DNA of 64,000 nucleotides from an uncultured Acidobacteriota bacterium (GTDB lineage Bacteria; Acidobacteriota; Vicinamibacteria; Vicinamibacterales; CAVVIG01), in the NCBI GenBank assembly GCA_963814975.1, contig CAWFFB010000030.1, positions 175,563 through 239,562 of the forward strand, read 5' to 3'. The translations under genes were made by a program, and so were the position numbers. The notes beneath the pieces were generated by a model. The model was given only the letters and a program-made list of their open reading frames with translations. It was not told the DNA's origin and ran no database searches. Positions 9,502-19,350 of the stretch are shown piece by piece; within the stretch, counting starts at the first letter, position 1, and each line of letters begins with the position of its first letter.

Positions 9502-10743
9502 CCGCACCGCAACGACGGTTGCGCCTTGGCCGACCGCTCTGGCTTCCTGCCGCACGAGCTGAACAACGATATCCGGTGCTGTCGGGTCAGCACGATACCG
9601 CCGTGGCTGTTGTGGGTGGGGGCATGACCGGAGCCCTGGTCGCGCACGCCTTTGCGTCCGCGGGCATCTCCACAACCGTCCTGGAAGCCGCGGTTGTCGG
9701 CAGGGGCAGCACGGCAGCGAGCTCGGCGCTCCTGCTGAAGGAACCCGACCTCGAGCTCACCGAGCTGGCGCGTCGCTATGGTTCCCGCCGCAGCCGGCGA
9801 ATTTGGGAGTTGAGCCATCAATCGGTCGATCAGTTGGTCGCCTTGCTGAAGCATCTCCGGATTCGTTGCGATCTGAGGACTCGAGAAGCCGTCTACTACG
9901 CCACAACCGCGCCAGCGGCCGAACGACTTCGTCGCGAGTGTGAACTTCGCACACGATCTGGGTTCGATGCCGAGTGGCTTGGCCCTGGACAACTTCGCCG
10001 GCTGACCGGCATCGCTGGTCATGGGGCGATTGTGTCGCGCGGCAGTGCTCAGTTCGATCCGTATCGAGCGTGTATCGGCATTCTCCGCGCTGCCGCCGGC
10101 GCAGGCGCAGATGTGTTCGAAAGGTCAGAGGTTCTACGCATCGACAGCGCACACAATCGTGTGCGCATCAGAACACGCCAGGGAACGGTTCACGCAGACC
10201 GCGTGGTCATCGCGACCGGCTATTCCACTCCGCAGTTTCGGCCACTGGCGGGACGGTTTCGGATGTATCGGACCTACGTCCTTGTGACGGAGCCGATCGG
10301 CAGGTCACAACGCGACGACGTCGGTCTGTCTGACGTCATGATCTGGGACACCGAGCGGCCCTACCACTATGCGCGCTGGGCAGCCAAGCATCGACTGCTC
10401 CTGGGCGGCGAGGATCGTCTGGTAGAGCGAGGTCAACGGCGTCGTCAACAGTTCGAGACCGCATCACGTGATCTACGGGCGTACTTCGAAAGCCGGCTGC
10501 CTGCGTTGGCAACGGTTCGATACTGAACATGCGTGGGAAGGCCTGTTCGCGATCACCGCCGACAGTCTTCCGTATATCGGCCCACACCGACGGTATCCGC
10601 GTCACTGGTTCGCCCTCGGCTACGGCGGAAACGGCATGACTTTCGGGTTCCTGGCGGCTCGCCTGCTGCTGGAGCGATGGCACGGAGTGAAGTCTCGCGA
10701 TCACGGGTTGTTCGAGTTCGCGCGGTTGCGTAGTAGGCGATGA
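9489..10743 (+). pseudogene. FAD-dependent oxidoreductase (DAO/glycine-oxidase-like family), one +1 frame change near 10510
   Basis: DTAVAVVGGGMTGALVAHAFASAGISTTVLEA..GRGSTAASSALL in ORF 9489. The C-terminal part (EHAWEGLFAITADSLPYIGPH..FALGYGGNGMTFG) is in ORF 10468. The GTG start overlaps the preceding gene's last codons. Confidence 0.65.
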
Positions 10744-10829
10744 CCGGAACTCCAGACATTCGGGTCGGGACAGGCCGCACGCCGTCGACACTTACGCGAA
10801 GTGGCGTGACCGCACCCCGCCGGATTGTC

Positions 10830-11005
10830 GAGTGGCGCGACGGCGGACCAGACTGCTGACGATCGCCGGGATCGTTGATCCTGTAGATCCGCTGCCTCGG
10901 CGTAAACTGCGCGAGTTCGACCTGCTCGGCGAGCACAGCCAGTTCCTCATCGTCGAGAAGGGCGAAGAGTGGTACTGCTTTGATGATCTGTACGTCGCAT
11001 GCCAT
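10830..11005 (-). pseudogene. cyclic-nucleotide-binding-domain protein, only about the first 58 codons retained
   Basis: Strong SD (gagggag) 7 nt before the ATG at 11005. MACDVQIIKAVPLFALLDDEELAVLAEQVELAQFTPRQRIYRINDPGD is a typical cNMP-domain start. After that the frame runs antisense through the DAO gene with no further similarity. Confidence 0.4.
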
Positions 11006-11444
11006 CGCTTACTCCCTCACGTGGTTGCCTCGAAGGACCTCTCGATGCCGCGCTCTCGGTGCAGTGTCATGTCGGGGACCGCGTCGGCGCCGGATGAATA
11101 GCTGTCGACGGCATCCTGATAGCCCGCCAGGTGGCGTGGTTGACGAACAGAAGACATCGACTTCGCTCTTGTATAAATGCAGACGGAGACGATGAACAAG
11201 ATCCACGCAGCTTTCGAGCGAATCGCCTCAGTCGAGTCCGGCGTTTGCGAGGGATGCACCGCGAGATCCCCATGCAACGGTTGCGGGCCGTGCCGTCTGC
11301 GATTCTACGTCTGCATGTGCCAGGAAAGGGCCGAAGAGCCGGTCGACCGGCTACTGGATCGGCCGGGTGCGGCCGCTGTTCCCGGAGACTGTGACTTCAG
11401 CGGGCGCCAGGATGTAGGCTAATGGTCAGGAGACACCAAGAGAC

Positions 11445-12963
11445 TTGACATCTACCTGGAATCGCACGCCCTTCGCCGGGCGCCTTCTGATGCTTGGTTG
11501 TGGATCGGTCGGCCGCTGCACGCTGCCCCTCGTGGTGCGGCACATCGACATGCCGCCCGACCGGATCACCGTGATCGACTTCGAGAACGTGCGCCACCTG
11601 ATCGAAGACTCGCTCGAGGCGGGTGTGGTGTTCAAGCAGGCCCGCTTGACGAGCGAGAACTACCGGTCGATGCTCTCGGAGCTGGTCGCCCCCGGCGACA
11701 TCATCGTCGACTTGTCCTGGAACATCGAGACGCACGACCTGCTCGAGTGGTGCGGCGACCACGATGTGCGTTACCTCAACACCTCGCTGGAAGAGTGGGA
11801 TCCCTACGGCGACGTCGAAAACAAGTCTCCCTACGAACGGAGCCTGTATTCCCGTCAGATGCGGATCCGCCAGCTGAAGGACCGGCTCAATGCGCGCGGT
11901 CGGCCGAGTCCGACCGCGGTGATGGATCATGGCGCGAACCCCGGCCTGGTCAGCCACTTCACCAAGCGAGCGCTACTCGAAATTGCTTCATTGATGATCG
12001 AGCGAGAACCACCCGGCGGCAACCGGTGTGGATCGAGCGTCGTTCGAGAAGCTCGTCGCCGATGCCGAAAGTCGAGGGCCGGGGGGCGTTCGCTCGATTG
12101 AGCCAGGCGACCGGCACCAAGGTGATCCACATCTCGGAACGCGACACGCAGGTGTCGTCGCGGCCGAAGGGCATCAACGAATTCGTCAATACCTGGTCGA
12201 TCGAAGGCCTCTACGAGGAGGGCACGTCGCCGGCCGAGCTCGGGTGGGGCACGCACGAGCGCCGGCTTCCCAGGAACGCCCACACGCCGAGTGGCGGGCC
12301 GGGCAACCAGATTTTCCTCGCTCAGCCAGGGGTGCGCACGCTCGTCCACTCATGGGTCCCGGCCGGTGGTCCGATCATCGGGATGGTCGTCCGCCACGCA
12401 GAGTCCTTCACGATCAGCGACCATCTGACGGTGTGGGAGGACACGATCGAAGGGCGTCGAGCGGTCTACCGCCCCACGGTCCATTACGCCTACATGCCGT
12501 GCGACAACGGCATCCTCAGCCTCTACGAGCTGACCATGCGCAATTTTCAGCTCCAGCCGACGCTGAGAATCATGTCCGACGAGATTACCGACGGGATGGA
12601 CGAACTCGGCGTCCTGCTGATGGGCCATGCTCTCAACGCCTGGTGGACCGGGTCGCAGCTGGATATCCACGAGACGCGCACGCTGGTTCCGGGCCAGAAC
12701 GCCACGACGCTGCAGGTTGCGGCGTCCGTGCTGGGCGGGTTGGTGTTCATGATTCGGCACCCTCACAAGGGAATCCTCGTCCCGGACGAACTGCCGTTCA
12801 GGGAGATCCTGGAGGTGGCGGGTCCGTATCTCGGTCCCTGTCCGTCGGTTCAGACCGACTGGACGCCGCTGGCCAGCCGGTCGCGTCTTTTCGCCAGATG
12901 GGGGCTCCGGCAGTGGCCGAAGAAGATCTGTGGCAATTTGCCAGTTTCGTCGTCGAACCGTGA
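11445..12963 (+). pseudogene. hss: homospermidine synthase paralog 1, at least 3 frame changes
   Basis: Blocks LMLGCGSVGRCTLPLV, DLSWNIE..YLNTSLEEWDPY, DHGANPGLVSHFTK, VIHISERDTQ, NTWSIEG, GMVVRHAESFTI, YRPTVHYAYMPCD, NATTLQVA and a final EDLWQFASFVVEP are spread over three frames. Changes fall between about 12000 and 12090 (a G6 run lies at 12081..12086) and at a G5 run at 12900..12904. Confidence 0.75.
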
Positions 12964-13120
12964 CAGGTTCGTTACTTGACGCGTACCACCGGTCGAGCAA
13001 ATACTCCACGCTGGCGAGCGACTTCAGCCAGCCCAGGCTCAGGGTGTCGGTCCGCTCGATCGCAGCCCTGATAACCCTCGACGAACCGGCGGTCCTTTTC
13101 GACGCCGCTCCGGCTGAGAC

Positions 13121-14405
13121 GTGAAACTGACCGATCTGCGGGGCATCCTGCAGTACATTCCGCAGTTCCGCGAGAAGACGTTCATCCTGGCGATTGACGG
13201 CGCCATCGTCACGGACGACAACTTCGCGACGCTGTTGCTGGACGTGGCGCTGCTCTGGTCGCTGAACATCCGCGATCGTGCTGGTCCACGGCGCCTCGGC
13301 CCAGATTCACTCGCTCGCCGAGGAGCAGCAGATCACCGCTTCGGATTTCGACGGCGCCGGCGTCACGGATGCGCCGACGTTGAAGCTGGCGCTGACCGCC
13401 GCCAACCGTCTCACTCACGAGATTCTCGAAGGCCTGTCGGCCAACGACCTGCGCGCCGCCTGACACGAACGTGATCATCGCCCACCCGCTGGGCATCATT
13501 CAGGGCGTCGACCATCTATTCACCGGTAAGGTCGAGCGCGTGGACACCGAGTTCCTGCAGACGCTGCTCACGCAGGGTGTCGTCCCGGTCATTCCGCCAC
13601 TGGGATTTGACGGCGACGGCAAGACGTATCGGGTGAATTCCGACGGCGTCGCGGTGGCGGTTGCGGAACAACTCAAGGCGATCAAGTTGATCTTCGTCAC
13701 GTCAGCCGACGGCCTGGTGTACCGTGGCCAGCTGATCCGACAGATGCCCGTGGCCGAGCTGAGCACGCTGTTGCGCGACGACACCGCCGGATTTGCGCCG
13801 GAGATGCTCTCGAAGGCGCAGCACGCGGCAGCGGCGTGCCATGCCGGGGTGCCGCGCGCCCATGTCATCAACGGCAGCCTGGAAGAAGGCCTGCTCGGGC
13901 GAGGTGTTCTCCAACCACGGCCTCGGGACGTTGATCTATGCGAACGAATACGAGGACATCCGGCCAGCCAAGAAGAAGGACGTGCGGGCGATCCAGTTGT
14001 TGACCAAGCACGGCGTCGAGGCAGACGAGTTGCTGAAGCGCAGCAGGGCGATGATTGAAAAGAGCCTCGACGACTACTTCATCTTCGAAATCGACAAGAA
14101 TCCGATCGCCTGCGTCGCCCTTCACGTCTACCCAGAACAGAACAAGGGGGAGCTGGCCTGCCTGTACGTCAGTTCCCTGCACGAGAATCAGGGCATCGGC
14201 CGCAAGTTGATCCAGTTCGTGGAGAATAGGGCGCGACGACTGGGCTTGCAGCCAGTTGCTGGCGCTCTCGACGCAGGCGTTCACCTATTTTCAGTCCAAG
14301 GGGAATTTCGTTGAAGGCAGGCCCGACGATCTGCCGCCGGCGCGCCGCGAGAAGTACGAGCAGAGCGGCCGGAATTCGAAAATTCTCGTCAAGTACCTCA
14401 GGTGA
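13121..14405 (+). pseudogene. argA: amino-acid N-acetyltransferase / N-acetylglutamate synthase (amino-acid-kinase domain + GNAT), four +1 frame changes
   Basis: FILAIDGAIV.. / IVLVHGASAQIHSL.. / IIAHPLGII..VPVIPPLGFDGDGKTYRVNSD..IKLIFVTSADG..RAHVINGSLEEGLL / EVFSNHGLGTLIY..VSSLHENQGIGRKLIQFVENRARRLG / LLALSTQAFTYFQSKGF..YEQSGRNSKILVKYL. These read through frames 2,0,1,2,0. Changes fall near 13275, 13465, 13900 and 14250. Confidence 0.7.
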
Positions 14406-14423
14406 CGAAGGAGCGCAAATCGG

Positions 14424-15894
14424 ATGCTGACCTTTTCCAACCGAATCGTGTTCGTTGGTTTCGGGGCCGTCGCGCGATGCACGCTACCCATCCTGCTGCG
14501 CCTCGTCAAGGTCGATCCGAAGCGCATCACCATCATGGAGTTCGACCCGGACGAAGCCGGCGCTCAGGCCCTGGATCGAACGCGGCATGACCTTCATCGA
14601 GGACCGCGTCATGCCGGAGAACATGGACGCGCTCCTCGAGCGCGCATCTGTCGGCCGGCGACCTCCTGATCGACCTGGCCTGGAACATCGACTGCGTGCG
14701 AGATCGTCCAGTGGTGCCACGACCACGGCGTGCTGTACATCAACACGTCGGTGGAGCTATGGGATCCGTACGCCGGGTCAGGCAACAAGCACCCGACCGA
14801 GCGGACGCTTTACTGGCGGCACATGAACCTGCGGCGGATGATCGCCTCGTGGAAGGAGCCCGGCCCCACGGCGGTGATCGAGCATGGCGCCAACCCGGGT
14901 CTGATCAGCCACTTCACCAAGCAGGCGCTGCTGGACATTGCGGAGCGGGCCCTGGCGGACACAGAAGTTCGGTCGGCGCTCAGGCGGAGCAGCATCGCGC
15001 ATCACGCCGGCCGCGCGTGGAGTTCAACCACCTGGCGCACCGAGCTGGGCGTCAAGGTGATTCATTGCAGCGAACGCGACACGCAGATCACCGATCGTCC
15101 GAAGGAGGTCGACGAGTTCGTCAACACCTGGAGCGTCGAGGGATTCCGCGAGGAAGGAACGACGACGGCCGAGATGGGCTGGGGCACGCACGAAAAGGAA
15201 CTGCCGCCGCTGGCGCTTCGAGCACCAGGACGGTCCCAGGAGCCAGATCTGCCTGGCGCGCATGGGCATCAACACGCTACGTGGCGAGCTGGGTGCCGCC
15301 GGACCACCACATCGTCGGCATGGTCGTCCGCCACGGCGAGGCGTTCACGATCACCGAGAAGCTGACCGTCTGGGAGGACGGCAAGCCGTCTACCGCCCGA
15401 CGGTGCACTACGCGTATTGTCCATGCGACTGCGCGATCGCGTCGCTCTACGAGCTGCGCGGCCGCGACTACGACCTGCAGACGCGGATCCGCATCATGAC
15501 GGACGAGATCACGGGCGGCGCCGACATCCTGGGCGCCCTGCTGATGGGTCACCCGTATCAGTCGTGGTGGTGCGGTTCCGACCTCGACATCGAAGAGTCC
15601 CGCCGGCTGGTGCCGCATCAGAACGCCACGACGATGCAGGTGGCCATCTCCGTCGTCGCCGCCTGCATGTGGATGCTGGAGAACCCGCGGCGGGGACTGT
15701 GCGTGCCCGACGACCTGCCGCATGACTACGTCCTGGAGATCAGCAAGCCCTATCTGGGCAGGTTCCTCTCGGTCCCTTCGGACTGGAATCCGCTGAAGCA
15801 CTACTCAAACGTCTTCCACAGCTTCAATCGTCCGCAGCTCGATCCGTCCGACCCCTGGCAGTTCAAGAATTTCCTAATCACTGAGGGAGACTAG
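14424..15894 (+). pseudogene. hss: homospermidine synthase paralog 2, about 6 frame changes
   Basis: It carries the same blocks as paralog 1 (VFVGFGAVARCTLPIL, DLAWNID, YINTSVELWDPY, EHGANPGLISHFTK, VIHCSERDTQ, NTWSVEG, GMVVRHGEAFTI, YRPTVHYAYCPCD, NATTMQVA, DPWQFKNFLI). The frame order is 0,1,2,0,1,2,1. Changes fall near 14550, 14645, 14698, 15215, 15285 and 15390. Confidence 0.75.
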
Positions 15895-17028
15895 TGGACG
15901 AGCGAACATTGCTTCGGCTGACCAGGATGCACGGCACCCCGCTGGTGGTCGTCGACCACAAGGTGCTGCGTGACAACTATGCGGAGTTCCGTCAGTACAT
16001 TCCGCGCGCCCAGGTCTACTACGCGGTCAAGGCCAACAGCGCGCCGGAGATCGTGCGGACCTTCTATGAAGCAGGCGCCAGCTTCGACGTTGCGAGCGTC
16101 GCCGAGTTCCTGTGCGTTCACGAGAACGTGAAGGACCAGCCGGATGAGCAGCGACAGGCGTTCATCTGGGATCGGGTCATCTACGCGAACCCGATCAAGG
16201 CGATCGAGACACTCGCGCAGCTGGATCAGTACAAGCCGCTCGTCACTTACGACAACCACGAGGAGGTCATCAAGATCGCCCGGCACGCGCCACATGCCGG
16301 CCTCGTGCTGCGGCTGCGCGTGCCCAACACCGGTTCCATGGTCGAACTGTCGAGCAAGTTCGGAGCGCTGCCCGGTGAAGCCGTGGACCTGATCGCGTTC
16401 GCGCACAACAACAAGCTCGAAGTCGAGGGGTTGAGCTTCCACGTCGGCAGCCAGTGCACCAACGTCCAGAACTACATCCAGGCGCTGCATCTGGCTTCGG
16501 GCGTCTTCCAGGAAGCGAAAGCCCGCGGCTTCGAGCTCAAGCTGCTCGACATCGGCGGCGGCTTCCCGGCTCATTACGACGACACCGTCCCCGCGCTTCA
16601 AGCAGCTGGCCCGGGCGATCAACCCCGAAGTGGACCGCCTGTTTCCGCTGCCGATCGAAATCCTCGCGGAACCAGGACGGTTCCTGGTGGCCTCTGCCGC
16701 CACCGCGGTGGCCCAGATCATCGGCAAGACCGTCCGCGGCGGCAAGCTGTGCTACTACCTTGACGACGGCGTGTATCACACCTTCAGCGGCGTGATTTTC
16801 GACCACTGTCAGTATCCGATGAAGAGTTTCAAGAAGGGGCCGACGCAAATCTGTTCCGTCTTCGGTCCAACCTGCGACGCCCTCGACACGATCAGCCTGG
16901 CGGAGCAGCTGCCCGATCTGGATCTCGGGGACTTCGTCTACGCTCCGAACATCGGCGCGTACTCAGCGGCCAGCAGCACCTCCTTCAACGGTTTCCCGCC
17001 CGCGCGCATCGTGCACGTGAATCAGTGA
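15894..17028 (+). pseudogene. PLP-dependent ornithine/lysine decarboxylase (alanine-racemase-fold, group IV), one +1 frame change at a C4 run near 16590
   Basis: VYYAVKANS (PLP lysine), HVGSQ, LDIGGGFP in ORF 15894. Then FKQLARAIN..EILAEPGRFLVA..FGPTCDALD..GAYSAASSTSFNGF in ORF 16630. The GTG start shares 1 nt with the hss-2 stop. Confidence 0.75.
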
Positions 17029-17294
17029 TCGCGTGAGCCGGCGACGCGCGCGCGCCGCGAATGGTCGCGTCCGGGGTCCAGCACGGTCCTGCCGGCTTAG
17101 AAGGCGCTGGCCGATGGCTTCCACAAGACCCACCCCTCGGTGAAAGTGTCGTCGATCTTCGAAAGCAGAGGGTGGGGCCGCGGACGCCTACCGTGAAGAG
17201 GATCGGGTAAGAACGCGCTGGTGCGTTGATGTTCGAGGTGCCTGGTGGCGCTCGGCGCCCTGCAGCCGGCCGTCGGGGCCGCTTGTTTCTGCTC

Positions 17295-18983
17295 CTACCG
17301 CGCTTTCGTGAGAGCGGTGTCGACGATCCTCTGAGCGTCGCTCTGAATCCGACGAAGGTGCGGTTCGCCCCGGAAGCTCTCCGCGTAGATCTTGTAGATC
17401 TCCTCGGTGCCGGACGGTCTTGCCGCGAACCAGCCGCTGTCGGCGATCACCTTGACGCCGCCAATAGGATGACCATTGCCAGGAGCGGTTGTCAGCACGG
17501 CTCGAATCGGGTCGCCGGCAAGCTCGCCCTGGATGGCGTCCGGGGAGAGGGCGGCCAGCGCCGCCTTCTGAGCGTGGGTGGCTGGAGCATCGATCCTCTC
17601 GTAGGCGAAATCGCCAAACTCACGCGTCAGCTCACGGTACATCTCGCCCGGATCGCGGCCCTCGCGGGCAGTCATCTCCGCGGCGAGCAAGGCCGCCGCA
17701 ATGCCGTCCTTGTCGGTCGTCCAGAGCGTTCCATCGCGACGCAGCAGCGTCGCGCCTGCGCTCTCCTCGCCGACGAACCCCAGCGAGCCTTCGAGCAGGC
17801 CGTCGACAAACCACTTGAAGCCAACCGGGACCTCGTACACTGTTCGTCCACGTTCGGCGGCCACGCGATCGATCATGCTGCTCGACACCACGGTCTTGCC
17901 CACGGCAGCCGTCCCGCTCCAGGCCGGTCGGTTCGAAAACAGATAGCGAATGCACACGGCCAGATAGTGATTGGGAGGCATCAGGCCGGCGGTTCCCGCG
18001 ACGATACCGTGCCGGTCGTGGTCGGTGTCGCACGCAAACGCCACATCGAAGCGGTCCTTCAGGGCGACCAGTGAACGCATCGCGTAGGGGGACGATGGGT
18101 CCATACGGATGCGACCGTCCCAGTCCACATCCATGAAGCGAAACGTTGCATCGACCTGCGTGCTGGTCACGGTCAGGTTCAAACCGTACCGCTCGGCGAT
18201 CGCTCCCCAGTAGTTCACCCCCGCGCCGCCGAGCGGGTCAACCGCCAGCCTCAGGCCGGCGCTGGCGGCTGCGGCGAGATCCACCACGGATGCGAGGTCC
18301 GCGACGTACGCGTTCAGAAAGTCGTGGCGTCGCGTCGTGGCCGCACGCAGCGCCGCCGCGTACGGCGTGCGTCGCACCCCTGTGAGGCCCTCGCCGAGAA
18401 GGGCGTTGGCCTCCCGTTCGATGAAAGACGTGACGTCGTCGTTGGCCGGACCCCCATGCGGAGGGTTGTACCTGAACCCGCCATCGGCGGGCGGGTTGTG
18501 GGAGGGGGTGATCACGATCCCATCGGCCAGGCCGCTCTTCCGGCCGCGGTTGAAGGTCAGGATCGCATGGGACACCGCCGGCGTCGGCGTGTAGTCGTCG
18601 TTGACGGCGATGCACACGGTCACGCCGTTGGCGGTCAAGACCTCCAGGGCGCTGCGGTAGGCCGGCTCCGACAAGGCGTGCGTGTCGATGCCCAGGAACA
18701 ACGGACCGTCAATGCCTTTGAGCGATCGATACCGGCAGATGGACTGCGTGATGGCGAGAACGTGCCACTCGTTGAAACCACCGGTGAGAGAAGACCCGCG
18801 GTGGCCTGACGTGCCAAAGCGGACCCGGTGTTCCGGATTCGAGGGGTCACGTGGTTCCGTGTAGTAGGCGGCTACCAGGCGCGGGATGCTCACCAGGGTC
18901 GCGGGGTCCGGCGCCTTGCCGGCCAGCGGGCTGATGCGCCCCGCCTGCTCCGGGAGGTTAGACCCCCTGGCTTGCGTCGTCAT
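17295..18983 (-). CDS. pgm: phosphoglucomutase, alpha-D-glucose-phosphate-specific
   Basis: 562-aa intact ORF with the phosphoserine loop FGTSGHRGSS, the metal loop ACDTDHDRHG and the GEESAG sugar-binding loop. Confidence 0.9.
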   Translation of the reverse strand: MTTQARGSNLPEQAGRISPLAGKAPDPATLVSIPRLVAAYYTEPRDPSNPEHRVRFGTSGHRGSSLTGGFNEWHVLAITQSICRYRSLKGIDGPLFLGIDTHALSEPAYRSALEVLTANGVTVCIAVNDDYTPTPAVSHAILTFNRGRKSGLADGIVITPSHNPPADGGFRYNPPHGGPANDDVTSFIEREANALLGEGLTGVRRTPYAAALRAATTRRHDFLNAYVADLASVVDLAAAASAGLRLAVDPLGGAGVNYWGAIAERYGLNLTVTSTQVDATFRFMDVDWDGRIRMDPSSPYAMRSLVALKDRFDVAFACDTDHDRHGIVAGTAGLMPPNHYLAVCIRYLFSNRPAWSGTAAVGKTVVSSSMIDRVAAERGRTVYEVPVGFKWFVDGLLEGSLGFVGEESAGATLLRRDGTLWTTDKDGIAAALLAAEMTAREGRDPGEMYRELTREFGDFAYERIDAPATHAQKAALAALSPDAIQGELAGDPIRAVLTTAPGNGHPIGGVKVIADSGWFAARPSGTEEIYKIYAESFRGEPHLRRIQSDAQRIVDTALTKAR

Positions 18984-19350
18984 GATCCCGGCTCCTGCGG
19001 TGATGAGTGATGCAGATGCGCAACTGCCGATCGATCAGCCGATCGCTCTGGGTGCTCACGGCACGGGACAGGGCCGGGCGTGCCAGATGTCGGACGCGTA
19101 TCGTGAATCGTGCGGTCGCTCGAGAATCTGCCGCTCGAGGCCATGTTGAGAATCGCCTTTCCCGACCACGGGTCCCGATCATCATAAGGCCGCGACGCGA
19201 ACCTGGATGTTCGCGCAGGCGGTGAGATCGACCAGGTCGGGAAGTAACACTACCTTATCCGGCTCTGACGCTGGCAAGGGGGAAGCCTCGCATCGAGGCT
19301 TACACCTGTGTAAACAGCGGGTTACAGGCAACCGGATAGGCTACGATTGG

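Noticed and set aside
11177-11422. Cys-rich 81-aa ORF upstream of hss-1 (..CEGCTARSPCNGCGPCRLRFYVCMC..) as a possible RiPP precursor or metal-binding peptide.
   Set aside because: It overlaps equally long ORFs in other frames in a region full of remnants. There is no adjacent maturation enzyme and no RBS.
17101-17190. Short frame reading KALADGFHKTHPSVKVSSIFESRG, reminiscent of a ModA-type periplasmic binding protein N-terminal region.
   Set aside because: Only about 25 residues match, which is too short to separate from chance. It is noted only as a possible further gene stub.
19283-19326. 8-bp hairpin (aagcctcg cat cgaggctt) and TGTAA-N8-TTACA dyad 25-70 nt upstream of the amine operon start, as an operator or attenuator.
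   Set aside because: The arms are short (5-8 bp) and the hairpin has only a 3-nt loop. No regulator gene is adjacent. It cannot be separated from chance without comparative data.
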